A DNA stretch of 46,092 nucleotides, from IMG/VR virus record IMGVR_UViG_3300020045_010465, positions 1 through 46,092 of that record. One strand, written 5' to 3'. The notes beneath the pieces are model-generated. The model saw only the letters and a list, made by a program, of their open reading frames with translations. It did not search any database and was not told where the DNA came from. Origin of the DNA: a virus. Taxonomy: Duplodnaviria > Caudoviricetes. The first letter of the stretch is position 1. Every line of letters starts with the position of its first letter. A program made the position numbers and the translations under genes. Shown piece by piece: positions 9,764-20,715 of this stretch.

Positions 9764-10867
9764 TTATTTTTTGTTTAAGTTTTTGTTTAAGTTTGCAACT
9801 GCTAGAGAAGCTTTTGACGGTTCTATCGCAGGTTCTTTTGCTTTTGGGGCGTCTTTACCAACAACAGGAGCAGGTTTAGAACTTGCTTTGTATCCTGCAA
9901 TTAAAGCGTCTTTAGTACTATTACTAGCAGTTAGTTCTTCAACTTTGTTCGAAAGCTCTGTTACTTTTTCCATCAATGCGGTAATTGTTGTTTCTGCTTC
10001 TGCCAAATCTTCCGCACTTGCATTAGTATCTGTTTGGTCTGCTGATTGAATTTCTGTAAGTTCTCCAGAGATAAAAACGTAAGTTTCTCCGCTAGGCATA
10101 ATAAAACTGCCATCTGCATCCATACCATCATAGTATGCTTTGTCTCCAACTGCTACTACTGCGTCATCTGCTAATTCGTAAAAATCCAAATCTTTACCGT
10201 CAGCAGTTGATACCACTTTATTAGAAACCATCCCAAGCGTTTTTTTAGCGTAGAATGTTAGTCTTTTTGTTTTGTTACTCATTTTGTTGTTATTTGTGTT
10301 AGTATTAAATCTTTTTAATGCTACTGGTCTAAAAACTTCCTCAATATCAGTTGCAAAACGTATTCTTTTTGCCTCTTCTGGTTCAATTGAAGTGTCATTA
10401 TTCATTAGTCCTAACGCCTCTTCTTTTGTCAAGTCGGTATGTATAGCGTAATGTTCTGCAATTCTGCTATCGCAACTCGCTAAATCATCAGCTAATCTTT
10501 GAAACTTTTTAGAATCCATACCGTCCCAAGTATAAGTCCATGCATTATGTACGAAGGGGTAAGTACTGTCTGTTAATGTTCTTTTGTCTCCCGCTAAAAA
10601 AATTACTGTAGCAATTGAACAAACAAAACCCTCCCCTAATGTTTCAACTTTTGCGTTGTTGTCTTTGGCATAACGTCTTAATTCGTTGTAGATATCAAAG
10701 CCTGTTTGAACATCTCCACCCATAGAACGAATACGCACTTTAATGTCTTTGCCCCCTGCTTTTGATAGTTGCTCTTGAACTACAGATAGATTAATATATC
10801 CGCCTTGGTCAATAATCCATTGCTCTTCAAATGGTACAATTTCACCGTATATTTTAATTTCGTGCAT
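9764..10867 (-). CDS. ClpP-like (S14) head maturation protease with C-terminal scaffold
   Basis: IRSMGGDV, CSIATVIFLAGD (catalytic Ser), FVHNAW (His); coiled-coil C-terminus. Confidence 0.85.
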   Translation of the reverse strand: MHEIKIYGEIVPFEEQWIIDQGGYINLSVVQEQLSKAGGKDIKVRIRSMGGDVQTGFDIYNELRRYAKDNNAKVETLGEGFVCSIATVIFLAGDKRTLTDSTYPFVHNAWTYTWDGMDSKKFQRLADDLASCDSRIAEHYAIHTDLTKEEALGLMNNDTSIEPEEAKRIRFATDIEEVFRPVALKRFNTNTNNNKMSNKTKRLTFYAKKTLGMVSNKVVSTADGKDLDFYELADDAVVAVGDKAYYDGMDADGSFIMPSGETYVFISGELTEIQSADQTDTNASAEDLAEAETTITALMEKVTELSNKVEELTASNSTKDALIAGYKASSKPAPVVGKDAPKAKEPAIEPSKASLAVANLNKNLNKK

Positions 10868-10945
10868 ATCTGAATTAAATTTGTTATAAAATTACGTCAG
10901 AAATGCAATGACAAATACATTTTGTATTGTCTAAATATTTAGACA

Positions 10946-10978
10946 CAAAAAAACCGACACACTACTGCATCGGTTTTA
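10946..10978 (-). terminator. probable terminator
   Basis: aaaaaaACCGA...TCGGTTTT inverted repeat with minus-strand U-tract. Confidence 0.45.
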
Positions 10979-11021
10979 ATCTCCTTTCTTTTTAAATTAC
11001 GAAAAAATTATTTACTCAAAG

Positions 11022-11210
11022 TTAGTAATTATTTTTATTTCTTTTCTCAAATTCAATAAAATTTTTAAAATCTGAATGATGCGCTTTTGAGAATCTTTCT
11101 TCTAATGTACCAATAGGTTCTGGGTGTAGTTTGAACAACTCTCGTATTTCTTCTGATAATAAGTAATTACCAAAATTAATTAAATCTTTTTTGTTAAAAT
11201 AAGTTACCAT
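11022..11210 (-). CDS. hypothetical protein
   Basis: 62 aa ORF co-oriented in operon. Confidence 0.55.
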   Translation of the reverse strand: MVTYFNKKDLINFGNYLLSEEIRELFKLHPEPIGTLEERFSKAHHSDFKNFIEFEKRNKNNY

Positions 11211-11262
11211 TTTCTTTATATTTCATGGTTTCGCCTACTCTATAAGATTTTCGGCATCCTCT

Positions 11263-11496
11263 TTAATTTACATTTTTTTTCATTTCTCTTACTGCTGTTC
11301 TAACTGTAGTTACTGAAACCTTAGATCTTTTTGAAACAATATCGTATTTTTTCATCGGTGCAGTTTCATAATCAATTGATTGATACATCAAATAAATATC
11401 ATAGTCGGTCATTAAAGACAATGGTATTCTACCAATCTTTACAAGCTGTTTTATAACAGACATATTTTTTTCAATCAAATCTACTACTCTTGCCAT
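11263..11496 (-). CDS. small basic protein, possible HTH
   Basis: C-terminal VSVTTVRTAVREM resembles a recognition helix. Confidence 0.45.
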   Translation of the reverse strand: MARVVDLIEKNMSVIKQLVKIGRIPLSLMTDYDIYLMYQSIDYETAPMKKYDIVSKRSKVSVTTVRTAVREMKKNVN

Positions 11497-11798
11497 TTAA
11501 CACACTTTGTTTGTGATTGTCTTAATTTATAACTTAAAATACAAAAACAATCCCCGCACATCTTATTAGTTAGCTCTGGAATGTTCTTGTCCGTGACTTG
11601 ACACGACTCTATAGGCTCGTCCTCGTAATCATTGCAAGTTAAGCAAATTTCTTTTCTCTCAGAAGCTAATAATTCAATATCTAAATTTTCATTTTCAAAA
11701 TTAAATTTACCTTCTAAAAAAGGATCTATGCCATCTTCTATTAAAGTTTCAGCTTTTCCTTTTGCGCTTTTTATTTTCTTTTTAAAACTTCGCATCAC
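11484..11798 (-). CDS. Cys-rich hypothetical protein
   Basis: CLTC and CGDCFC...C motifs. Confidence 0.55.
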   Translation of the reverse strand: MMRSFKKKIKSAKGKAETLIEDGIDPFLEGKFNFENENLDIELLASERKEICLTCNDYEDEPIESCQVTDKNIPELTNKMCGDCFCILSYKLRQSQTKCVKWQE

Positions 11799-14607
11799 TC
11801 ATAACTTTACGGTCGTTAGACAATGACTTTATACCTGACTGAGAACCTTTATTAGTCCCTGCCTCTGCTCCAATTGCTACAGCTTCGGCAATCATAGTAA
11901 CCAACTGTGAATTATTGGCGTTTTGCTGTACATTATTTTGATTTAATATATTTGAAGCCCCATTTAATCCAACTCCACCACCCGCCTGGTTAATTGCCGC
12001 TAATTCATTAGCAAACATAGAAGTGCTTTTTGCATTTATAACACTTTCACCTACCGAAGCATTGATAGCTACATTATCACTCGTTCCCGTACCTGCGCCA
12101 CGCAATCCAATTACTCCACTTGCATAATTAGGCTTTTTAATTGTAGGTTCTTTTGTTGCTGTAATTTGTTTCACGGCTTTGAATCCAGAGGCAATTGCCG
12201 CACCTGCGGCAATACCTCCTAATACTGGTCCTACTATTGGAATACCCGCTAAAGATTTAAATGCAGATACAGCACTTTGATAAGTGTCTATTGTTGTTTG
12301 AGCAATTGCTGCAGCCTTTCCAGCTTTGCTCTCTTCCCCAAATATAGCAGCTAAACTACCAAATGCATCGCTAGCAAGTTTTACTTTGTTAGTTTGTTTT
12401 GCATCCTCAATATCCTGCTGTATTTGCGCATACTTAGCGTTAATTAAAGAAATGTCTGCGCCTGTTTTTTCAGCGTTTTCAACTTCTTGCTGTCTTTTTA
12501 TTTCATTTTGCTGTTTATCAATTTCAGCCTGTAATAAAAAGTTTTCTTCATTGATAATTTTTTGATTTTCTAAATCAATTAATTGTTTTTCTTGTTCTGC
12601 CGCCTTTCTATCTTCTGCAAGTTTTTCATTAGCTAAACGATTTTCTTCGTTTATTCTGTTTATTTCAGCATTATATTCCTGTTGGTTTATAGCACCTTGT
12701 TCTAAACGTATTTTTTGAAATTCAGTTTCGGCTTTTAAGTCATTGGCTAATGCTTCTTTTTTTAACTCGGCTTGTGAATCAGATAAAAACTTATCGCTAT
12801 CAAGTATTCTTTGATTCTTTTCTATTTCTGCATTAACTTCTAATTCAGCATTAGCAATAACCAGTTCCGCATTCTTTTGCGCAAAGTCTGTAGCTATTTG
12901 AGCCTTGCCAACTTCATATTCTTTTGCAGAAATTTTCTTTTTGTCGTACTGTAATTTTAAATCTGCAAGTTCTTTATCTGCTAATTGTTTATTAAATGCA
13001 AATTCATCTTCTAAAGATTTTTTCTTAAACCCTTGGTTAGCTACAAACAAATCTATTTCAGCACGTGATCTTGTTAACGCTCTTTCAATTGCTTGTTCGT
13101 CAAGTTCTTTTTGTTTGTCTGCGGCTTCTTTTCTAAGTGAATTTAAATTAGCTAATTGTTCAGATTCCTGTCCGGCAATACGTTCTTGAATATCAGATAT
13201 GTTTGTTTGAGCTTCTGCACGTGCATTTAATGCGTCTGTAGTTTCTCCTTCTGCTTTAATTTTTAAATTAGCAACCTGTAGCTGTTTGTTTGCAATAGCA
13301 AGTTCAGAAGCTGATTGTTTTTGCAAGACAATGCCTAATTGATTGTTTATTTGAATACGCTTTGAAATAGAATTAGTTTCATCGTCTCTTTGTTGTCTTA
13401 GTCTTTCAGCTTGCTTTTGATAGTCTAATTGTAATTTTCTTGCGTTTCTTTGTTGTGATGCAAGTTCACCCTCCGCCTTTGCTAAATTAGCGGAAGCAAT
13501 TGCGCTTTTCTTAACTTCCTCAGTAAAGTTGCGTAATCCTTTTGCAGTCTCTTCTGCGCCTACAAATTCCAGAGCATCGGCAATGAGTCCTAGTGTTTTT
13601 TCCGCAACCTTTCCAACGCCTTCTAAATACTTTATAAACGAATTAGCTAAAAACAATCCTAAAGGCTTTATAACTTTGAATAGTCCTGTGAATACTCCTG
13701 TTATTGCACCAGTAACTACAGCTAACTTTTGTGTTCCTTGCTCTGTGCTTTGTAATGATGCTTTGGCTAATTTAAAAGCTCCCACAACCAACCCAACGGC
13801 AACAGCCAAGGCAGCCACTACTGCACCAATAGGAGTGGCTATAAAAGCGAGTCCGGCTTGTAAAGCCCCTAATATTCCAACGCGAATAGCAGAAAAAGCA
13901 CCAGTTAATAAACTGCCTGCTCCCCCTGCATCTTTTGATCGTTGCAAGAAAGAAACCAGTCCACCGTTAAACGGATTCAATTCCGTTAAAGCTTCTTTTA
14001 TAGACTCAGCATAATTACCAACGTTTATTTTTAACTTTCCAATTTCAGAAGTATTTTCTTTTATGAAGTCTGTATTTTTATCAATCTGAGCATTAACCTT
14101 AATCAATAATTCCGCCTCTTCAGCTATATTTGGATTTAACTGATTGGATACTGCATTTAAAGCAATATTAGTAGCTCTTGCTTCGTTCTTATTGGTTATT
14201 TGTCTGTCTAATGCTTTAGTTCCTAAGTCTATTAACGTTGTTGTTTTTCCTTCTGCATCTTGATAGGCTCTTAATTGTGTAGTGGTTTGATTTATTTCTT
14301 TTCTAACCGTGCCCATTTGAATGCCTAAATTCTGCTCAGACTTGTACAAATCTTTTTGAGTCTTTAACAAATCTTGCAACTCCTTATCGTTCTTTTCGAT
14401 AGCCTCGGTATTATCACCAGAAGCAGATTCTAAAGCTTTTTGAGATTTAACCAGTAAATCAATTTGCTTTGTAGTTTCTTTTGATTGGTCAGCATATTCT
14501 TTTTGAGCTTTCTTTAAATCAAAATAAGTGTCCTGCAAATCATTCAAATTACTTTGAAGTTTGTTTGTGTCTAATTGAAACGATGCTAAATTTATAACCT
14601 CTGCCAT
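11782..14607 (-). CDS. tail tape measure protein
   Basis: 941 aa, Ala/Gln/Lys/Glu-rich helical; NVGNY motif, hydrophobic central segment, C-terminal GTGTSD.V....S.GESVIN. Confidence 0.85.
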   Translation of the reverse strand: MAEVINLASFQLDTNKLQSNLNDLQDTYFDLKKAQKEYADQSKETTKQIDLLVKSQKALESASGDNTEAIEKNDKELQDLLKTQKDLYKSEQNLGIQMGTVRKEINQTTTQLRAYQDAEGKTTTLIDLGTKALDRQITNKNEARATNIALNAVSNQLNPNIAEEAELLIKVNAQIDKNTDFIKENTSEIGKLKINVGNYAESIKEALTELNPFNGGLVSFLQRSKDAGGAGSLLTGAFSAIRVGILGALQAGLAFIATPIGAVVAALAVAVGLVVGAFKLAKASLQSTEQGTQKLAVVTGAITGVFTGLFKVIKPLGLFLANSFIKYLEGVGKVAEKTLGLIADALEFVGAEETAKGLRNFTEEVKKSAIASANLAKAEGELASQQRNARKLQLDYQKQAERLRQQRDDETNSISKRIQINNQLGIVLQKQSASELAIANKQLQVANLKIKAEGETTDALNARAEAQTNISDIQERIAGQESEQLANLNSLRKEAADKQKELDEQAIERALTRSRAEIDLFVANQGFKKKSLEDEFAFNKQLADKELADLKLQYDKKKISAKEYEVGKAQIATDFAQKNAELVIANAELEVNAEIEKNQRILDSDKFLSDSQAELKKEALANDLKAETEFQKIRLEQGAINQQEYNAEINRINEENRLANEKLAEDRKAAEQEKQLIDLENQKIINEENFLLQAEIDKQQNEIKRQQEVENAEKTGADISLINAKYAQIQQDIEDAKQTNKVKLASDAFGSLAAIFGEESKAGKAAAIAQTTIDTYQSAVSAFKSLAGIPIVGPVLGGIAAGAAIASGFKAVKQITATKEPTIKKPNYASGVIGLRGAGTGTSDNVAINASVGESVINAKSTSMFANELAAINQAGGGVGLNGASNILNQNNVQQNANNSQLVTMIAEAVAIGAEAGTNKGSQSGIKSLSNDRKVMSDAKF

Positions 14608-14609
14608 CT

Positions 14610-16523
14610 TTATACTTTATTTATTTTTATAAATTCACCTACACTATTCTTCCCATCTTCATAAGGTGATTTGTTGCAAATGTAAAACGCGTTTTCCTGT
14701 TTAAAAAATACTGGCTTTGTCAAGTCCAATCCTATAAAATCATTAATTGTCAATGCCATTTCAATATTATGAATCCTAAAATTAATAAAAATCTTTTGGT
14801 ATTCAGTATAGTTATTATAAACAGCTTCCTCAAACAATGTATTTGTGTTTATTCCTATTGGTATTTCATAAACTACTGTTTCGTTTTCCAATTTCTCAGA
14901 AATAATCTTAAATGTTCCTATTATGTTTTGTTTTCTAATAAAATAAAAACGCCCAGACAATCCTTTATAATTTACTTCAATACCTGTATCGGTTTCTTTT
15001 GCCTCTGTTTCCCAAATCTTATATTGGTTTGTTGTGAACCCAATAAATGGAGTAACTATTTTTTTATCCGGTGCATATATTTTTGACTGAGCAATTATTT
15101 TAGAATCATCCAAATTTCGATTATACATATATAAATATCCGTCTCCTGTTGTATCTGTGTCAAAATTGTTTTTTAACTTGAATATATTTTTTTGAGCATA
15201 ATCATTTGTATATGTTTCGCCTGTTCTTTTTACAAATGTATGAGACAGGTCTTGTGCATTATCGAAATCAATCCTACTGTCCAATGTATTAAACTCAACC
15301 GTATTGGTTTCTTTATTTAAAACAGGAGTTAATCCAGTTCTCCAAATTTGTTCTTTAATAAAATCTTTTATTGGAAAATCTTTTAATTCGTTTTCTAAAA
15401 GCGTAGTTCCTAGGTTTGTTTTAGAAATTATAAATTCAGTATGATTATGTCTCCATTCGTAATTCCTATAGTTGTGTCCGTTTATATTTAAATTAGACGG
15501 TGCAGATATAAACATTTCAATTATATCCCCAGTATCACAACTTAAATTAAATTCTAAATTTCTTTCATCACCTACTCCTGGAACATCTGTAACAAAATCA
15601 CTTAGTATGGCTCCAACTTCTATTCCGTTTTTCAAAATTGAAACCTTAGGGTTTGTATTTCTGTTGGCTCTTGATGGAAACCTATAGATTACATACATTT
15701 CACTAGACAAAGAAAAGTTATAAGAAGTAGTTTCTGGAATAACATATTTCCAACTATCAATTAAAGAACCTTCAATCAATATTGAACTGTCCCAAAATCT
15801 ATACTCTGGTCTTATTGTTGAAACTCCTGCTGTGGTGACTCTTCCTGGATCAGCAAAAAAATTACGAATAAGTGTAGCAACCACTTCATTAGTTTGTCCT
15901 TCTGAAACATCTTTAGGGTATGTTATATAAAGACCATCTAAATATGAAAGATTGGTATAATCACAATTAAACCCAAATGTAGAAAATATCAATTCCCAAA
16001 GCTTTCTAATAGAAAAACAGGGCGCTAAATAATCAATGTTTATTCCGTCTTCAAATAAATTCTTACCTCCGTAATCAGCAATTATATATTGATAATAATC
16101 ATTAGTAAAAGAATCAATGACAGTTTCCAATAATTTTTCGTGGTTGAAATTTGATAAATCCAAATCATTGCCCATTGTTTTATTTTCAATGGCTTTGAAA
16201 AAGTCCACCATTCCATTTAAAATAGAACCTTTGTAATTATCTTCTGTAGATTGGATATTAAACCATCCTTTAGAGATCAAATCAAATCCATCATTTTTTA
16301 ACTGAGCTGTATTTTTTTGATAAGGTATTTGTGAATTATCTCCCGATATTCCTAAATATTGCATTGTTTGAGTATTGGCAGGTGTTTTTTCGAACTCAAA
16401 AGAATTAGTGTAAGAGCAAGCTACCTGAGACAAATCAAATATATCTGAAATCTGTTTAGTATATTTTATCGATGTATTTTTAGGTAATTCAATTTCATTA
16501 CCATTTACAATTAATTCGACCAT
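14610..16523 (-). CDS. minor tail / tail-tip hub protein
   Basis: 637 aa adjacent to tape measure; N-terminal DIFD...SYTNSF...KT..N pattern. Confidence 0.65.
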   Translation of the reverse strand: MVELIVNGNEIELPKNTSIKYTKQISDIFDLSQVACSYTNSFEFEKTPANTQTMQYLGISGDNSQIPYQKNTAQLKNDGFDLISKGWFNIQSTEDNYKGSILNGMVDFFKAIENKTMGNDLDLSNFNHEKLLETVIDSFTNDYYQYIIADYGGKNLFEDGINIDYLAPCFSIRKLWELIFSTFGFNCDYTNLSYLDGLYITYPKDVSEGQTNEVVATLIRNFFADPGRVTTAGVSTIRPEYRFWDSSILIEGSLIDSWKYVIPETTSYNFSLSSEMYVIYRFPSRANRNTNPKVSILKNGIEVGAILSDFVTDVPGVGDERNLEFNLSCDTGDIIEMFISAPSNLNINGHNYRNYEWRHNHTEFIISKTNLGTTLLENELKDFPIKDFIKEQIWRTGLTPVLNKETNTVEFNTLDSRIDFDNAQDLSHTFVKRTGETYTNDYAQKNIFKLKNNFDTDTTGDGYLYMYNRNLDDSKIIAQSKIYAPDKKIVTPFIGFTTNQYKIWETEAKETDTGIEVNYKGLSGRFYFIRKQNIIGTFKIISEKLENETVVYEIPIGINTNTLFEEAVYNNYTEYQKIFINFRIHNIEMALTINDFIGLDLTKPVFFKQENAFYICNKSPYEDGKNSVGEFIKINKV

Positions 16524-17371
16524 AGTAAAGAAGGATTAAAACGGTATTGCAAATCAATTCCCAAAGTAACTGTATAAACTTTTTTAATATTATCTCTTTC
16601 GATATTATTAGATTTCATAAATAATTTTTTCCAACCTCCGTTTTGATAAGCATAAACATCAGGAGAAACTATTAAATCAAACGCATATTGTCTGTATTCT
16701 TTTGGTATTTTAGAATAAATTTGAAGGTCGCTTTTACTTTCTTGTCCCAAATCTAAAAGGTTATTGTTTGCGCTTACCAATGAGCCTATTGGAGTATTTG
16801 TTTCTTTTTCTGAATAGCTTTCGAATAGCCAATAAGAATACCCCCCCTTTTGATTTAGGAATTTTAAATAAATATTATTGCAGCCTTTAATTCTTTTGTA
16901 ATCTATATTTGAAACGTCGGCTAAGTTTTGTTGTTGGATAACGTAACCGCTAGACAAGAAGTAATCGTAAATAGGGAATCCAGGCCATACAGGAAGTTTT
17001 TCTGTTAATCGTAATGTTTGGTTTGGTGATATTGTTTGGTTAGTATCATTTACTCTATTGCCACCTCTAACAAAGTCTTTTATAAAAGTAATGTTAGTTC
17101 CTTCGTTTGCGGTTATTGAAATTTGAATCTTTGTTGAATTATTTATTGATCCATTTGGAGTATTAAAAAGGCTCTTAACAATTGATTGAATATTTACAAA
17201 AGCATTTCTATTAATATCGGCATAACTAATAAACTGAGTGCTTATTTTTGAGTTAGCTAAATTCATAAAAATTAGTTTAAAATAAATAACATCGGTATCT
17301 GTATTTATATTAAACCAAATTTCGTTATTAATTAAATAACCGTTACTATTTAAGTCATGTGAAATTATCAT
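16511..17371 (-). CDS. putative distal tail / minor tail protein
   Basis: YLKFLNQKGGYSYWLF motif; position in tail block. Confidence 0.55.
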   Translation of the reverse strand: MIISHDLNSNGYLINNEIWFNINTDTDVIYFKLIFMNLANSKISTQFISYADINRNAFVNIQSIVKSLFNTPNGSINNSTKIQISITANEGTNITFIKDFVRGGNRVNDTNQTISPNQTLRLTEKLPVWPGFPIYDYFLSSGYVIQQQNLADVSNIDYKRIKGCNNIYLKFLNQKGGYSYWLFESYSEKETNTPIGSLVSANNNLLDLGQESKSDLQIYSKIPKEYRQYAFDLIVSPDVYAYQNGGWKKLFMKSNNIERDNIKKVYTVTLGIDLQYRFNPSLLWSN

Positions 17372-17825
17372 GCAATTGCTTTATTAGTATTTTATTTATT
17401 TCAACTGTAAACCCTTCTTGTAATTGCGAGTAAATATAGTTAATTACTTCTTGTGAGTGTAATATTTCTAATAAATCCGTTCCTTGTGGGTAGTATTCTG
17501 TTCCTTCGTTCTCTATTTTTTTTGCTACTGCCCACGCAATCGAAACAGCTTCTTTGCCTCCTATTCCAAACTTTGCGTTTACCCACGGAATCAATGCGGA
17601 TACAGGAGGTCTTTTGCCTGGTTTTCTTCCGTTGGCAAGGAAGTATGTGTAGTCCATACCCCATATTTCACCGTTGCCTTGATTTACTCTTGGCTCTAAC
17701 GTGTTTAACCATTGCCCAGTTGCCTGCATACCTAAACTAATAAACTTTGGTTTAAGGAAGTTGTCAATAACGCCTTGCATAGTTTCAATTATTAGTTCGT
17801 CTGGTATTCGGATTTCAATTGCCAT
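17355..17825 (-). CDS. putative tail completion / neck protein
   Basis: ATG.W...L, GRKPGKRPP...L..W and A.KI..EGT motifs. Confidence 0.55.
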   Translation of the reverse strand: MAIEIRIPDELIIETMQGVIDNFLKPKFISLGMQATGQWLNTLEPRVNQGNGEIWGMDYTYFLANGRKPGKRPPVSALIPWVNAKFGIGGKEAVSIAWAVAKKIENEGTEYYPQGTDLLEILHSQEVINYIYSQLQEGFTVEINKILIKQLHDNFT

Positions 17826-17896
17826 CTTCTTCCGACAAATACCATATAAACAATAAGTATGATATAATTAAAATAAGAATTAAAAACCCCATAATA

Positions 17897-18397
17897 CTAA
17901 GTTATTTGAGTGAATGTATAATTTACTTTCCAACCATTATAATTGTCATCTAAATAATTATGAATTAATGTAGCGTCACCAAACATATCAACATTCACGT
18001 TTGTAACACCTAACAACTCGCAAGTATCTAAAATGTTATCGCATCCTAAACAATTTATAATTGGATAAAACACTTCATTCCATTTGCTCTCATCAACTGG
18101 ATGCCCTTTAATTTCGTTGTAGTTGTTAACGCCTAAATTAACAGGAACCATGCACCATAATGAAAAAGTCCAAACACAAGTTTTACCAGTAATTAAATTG
18201 GTTACTGAGTTTCTAACTTTGTTCTCTTTGAATTTAATATCAGTTAAAAAAACTTGAACACAACAATCTTCTTTTTGAACAATGTTTATTTGTGACGAAA
18301 CTAAAGGCGCTGAAAAAGACCAACACAAACCGCATTTGTTTTGTTCGTTCCATAGTTCGGTTTGCTTCTTCCAAAAGTCAACAATATCTAATGCCAT
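17897..18397 (-). CDS. putative tail terminator-like protein
   Basis: 166 aa, position in operon; C-terminal GW...TF strand. Confidence 0.4.
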   Translation of the reverse strand: MALDIVDFWKKQTELWNEQNKCGLCWSFSAPLVSSQINIVQKEDCCVQVFLTDIKFKENKVRNSVTNLITGKTCVWTFSLWCMVPVNLGVNNYNEIKGHPVDESKWNEVFYPIINCLGCDNILDTCELLGVTNVNVDMFGDATLIHNYLDDNYNGWKVNYTFTQIT

Positions 18398-18922
18398 TTA
18401 TTTCAATTTTGCTAATTTCTTTTCTATTTCTGATTTTGTTACTTCTAAATATTGTTTGTCGAATATCACATTATAAGGCGTATTTCGTATTAAGTCGTAT
18501 TTTAATATATCTCCTTTTGCTAAATTATCTAATGTGTTTAATAAACCGAACTGATCTAATTTATTTATTCCGGCTTGTAATAGTTTAACATCAGGGTCGC
18601 TTCTTAGATACATGCTTTCTAATTCTCTTATTGTTTTTAATTCGTCAATAATCCAAAGAATAAAACTCATTGCTTCATTGACTGAAATTCTTTGTATGTC
18701 AATTAAAAAAGGATGCAACCCCCTATCTTTTAACATTAAAAAAAACAATTGTTCAAAATCATTCTTAACAAATAAATCTGGCAAAGTCTCTTTTAATAAA
18801 CCCCATTTCAAATAGATAAGCGATTCAAAGTCAAAGTTAAGTAAAATAGATGAACGTTTACCGTTTTTGATTAAGAAATTAAAATCATCCTGTGATATTT
18901 GTGATAGTTCTTGGTTTAACAT
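18398..18922 (-). CDS. hypothetical protein (possible tail chaperone)
   Basis: AGI.KL..FG...TLD.LA.GDI motif; follows terL. Confidence 0.5.
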   Translation of the reverse strand: MLNQELSQISQDDFNFLIKNGKRSSILLNFDFESLIYLKWGLLKETLPDLFVKNDFEQLFFLMLKDRGLHPFLIDIQRISVNEAMSFILWIIDELKTIRELESMYLRSDPDVKLLQAGINKLDQFGLLNTLDNLAKGDILKYDLIRNTPYNVIFDKQYLEVTKSEIEKKLAKLK

Positions 18923-18926
18923 ATTT

Positions 18927-20165
18927 TTAATTTATAACGCCTCCGCCTTTACGTTTTACTTTAGGTTTAAGTGTTTCTTCTTCTTCAATGTATCTTATTG
19001 GGTCAATACAATGATTATGATTATCAATTGGCACATTTAATGAATTGCCGTTTCTATCCTTCGCCCATATATATTTTCGCAATTCTAATATTAAATTAAC
19101 ACTTCTTCTAGTAACGTAAAACTTTTCATAAGACTGAATATTTTGAACTCCAAAAGAAATACTATCTTTTCCTTTTTCAGCTCCTGAAATTAAAATTCCA
19201 TAGTTACCTATCTCGGTAATTGATTTAGGTTCTGCGCTATCAGCAACAACCTTACGTTTAAATGATTTTAATTCTTTCGCAATAGCAGAATTGACTAATC
19301 CTTTTTGATATAAAGCCTCATCGTAAATTGGAATACCGTTAAAAGTATATTTGTCAATTATAGTAGTCGGGTCATTTGTATATCCAAAATCTACACCGGT
19401 TTTATTATATTTTGCTTCAGGCGGAATTGATTCAATTATTTCCCAGTTTGTAAAAACAACTCCTTCTAAAGCCCCGACTAAGCCAAGTCCGTAAACTTTC
19501 CATTTATTAGCCCAATATTTATTTTTAATATTGGAATCTTTAAATAATTCCTCTGTTGATAAATTAATATTATGAAATCCTTTTGTTTTATAATCTAAAA
19601 TAGACCTAACTTCGCTTTTAGATAAGTATTCGTTATCCTCGAATGTAAGTCTTAAAAAATTATTTTCGTTAATATAATCATCACCCCAAAATAAAGCATC
19701 AGGGTTGTAATCTATTATAGTTAATTTAGCGCGGGATATAAACTGAACAGCAGTATCAATATCCATCTTGTCAGCTTCGTTAATATAAAGTAAGTCTCTT
19801 CTAAATCCTTTCCCAACATCATTAACGTCCGCTCCTAAGAAATCTAAATAACTGCCGTTAAAATATTCGTGTTTTGATTCTGATTTATTAAAATCACTTT
19901 CATCTTGAATAACCCCCCAATCTTTACAAATCTTTTTGTAATCACGAATAACCGTGCGTTTCATTTTTGAAAGTTCAGAAGATAAAACAGTAGCTTCTTT
20001 ATCTGAATTTAAGAGTGATTGAATAACTAACTCTAAAATAGACACTGTCTTGCTCGCTCCTTGCCCCCCGCAAATAACAAAAACGTCTTCTTCAGGATTT
20101 GACATAATTAAGTCAAGTATCTTGAAATATGCTTTTGTATATTTAAATTTATTTTCGACTGCCAA
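18927..20165 (-). CDS. terL: terminase large subunit, PBSX-like (phage A)
   Basis: Walker A GGQGASKT, Walker B LYINEAD, DYNP, nuclease motifs GVDFGYTNDPT, ADSAEPKSI, NHCIDPIRY. Confidence 0.92.
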   Translation of the reverse strand: MAVENKFKYTKAYFKILDLIMSNPEEDVFVICGGQGASKTVSILELVIQSLLNSDKEATVLSSELSKMKRTVIRDYKKICKDWGVIQDESDFNKSESKHEYFNGSYLDFLGADVNDVGKGFRRDLLYINEADKMDIDTAVQFISRAKLTIIDYNPDALFWGDDYINENNFLRLTFEDNEYLSKSEVRSILDYKTKGFHNINLSTEELFKDSNIKNKYWANKWKVYGLGLVGALEGVVFTNWEIIESIPPEAKYNKTGVDFGYTNDPTTIIDKYTFNGIPIYDEALYQKGLVNSAIAKELKSFKRKVVADSAEPKSITEIGNYGILISGAEKGKDSISFGVQNIQSYEKFYVTRRSVNLILELRKYIWAKDRNGNSLNVPIDNHNHCIDPIRYIEEEETLKPKVKRKGGGVIN

Positions 20166-20574
20166 TGTCTGGAATATTTGGGACGTTTAGTTCTCCTTTA
20201 AGGTCAATTTCTTTCTTGTCTGATAATCCGTTAAGCCTTTGTGTTATTGAAGTATTAAACACACCTAAAAGACCTCCTGTAATCTGATTATCTCTAATTA
20301 CTTTTCTAATATACGAACAGATAGGTACGAAGTCATCATAATAACCATCTTTATTTTTAAAATATTGCTCTACTGTACCGTAATTTTCATAACAAAAAAC
20401 CTCAAATCCATCCATCGTATAAGGCAATTTAAAAGAATCTTCTTTCCTATCTCCTTCTTTGCCTACATATTGAATTTTAACCCATTCATCTGCTTGTTGC
20501 TTTAAGTGTTCTTTATAAGAACTCCAAGCAATTTCTAATTCATCAGGACTTTTAAAAATTCTTGTAGGATGCAT
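20149..20574 (-). CDS. terS: terminase small subunit (gp3 packaging family)
   Basis: F.SP.EL...W..Y, PYT.DGF, I.R.NGL.DK motifs; overlaps terL start. Confidence 0.8.
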   Translation of the reverse strand: MHPTRIFKSPDELEIAWSSYKEHLKQQADEWVKIQYVGKEGDRKEDSFKLPYTMDGFEVFCYENYGTVEQYFKNKDGYYDDFVPICSYIRKVIRDNQITGGLLGVFNTSITQRLNGLSDKKEIDLKGELNVPNIPDIGSRK

Positions 20575-20715
20575 TTTACTTTATTTCAATTAATTCACAA
20601 ACTTGCGGGACATTATTAATTAACTCTACCGATCTTAGCAAAGATACATTTAATTCTTCGGTACGCATTACTAAACGATCAATCTCAATATCGTAATATT
20701 TCATTATACATTTAA

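Noticed and set aside
11632-18815. Multiple plus-strand ORFs opposite the tape measure and tail genes
   Set aside because: Antisense shadows of long, well-supported minus-strand genes.
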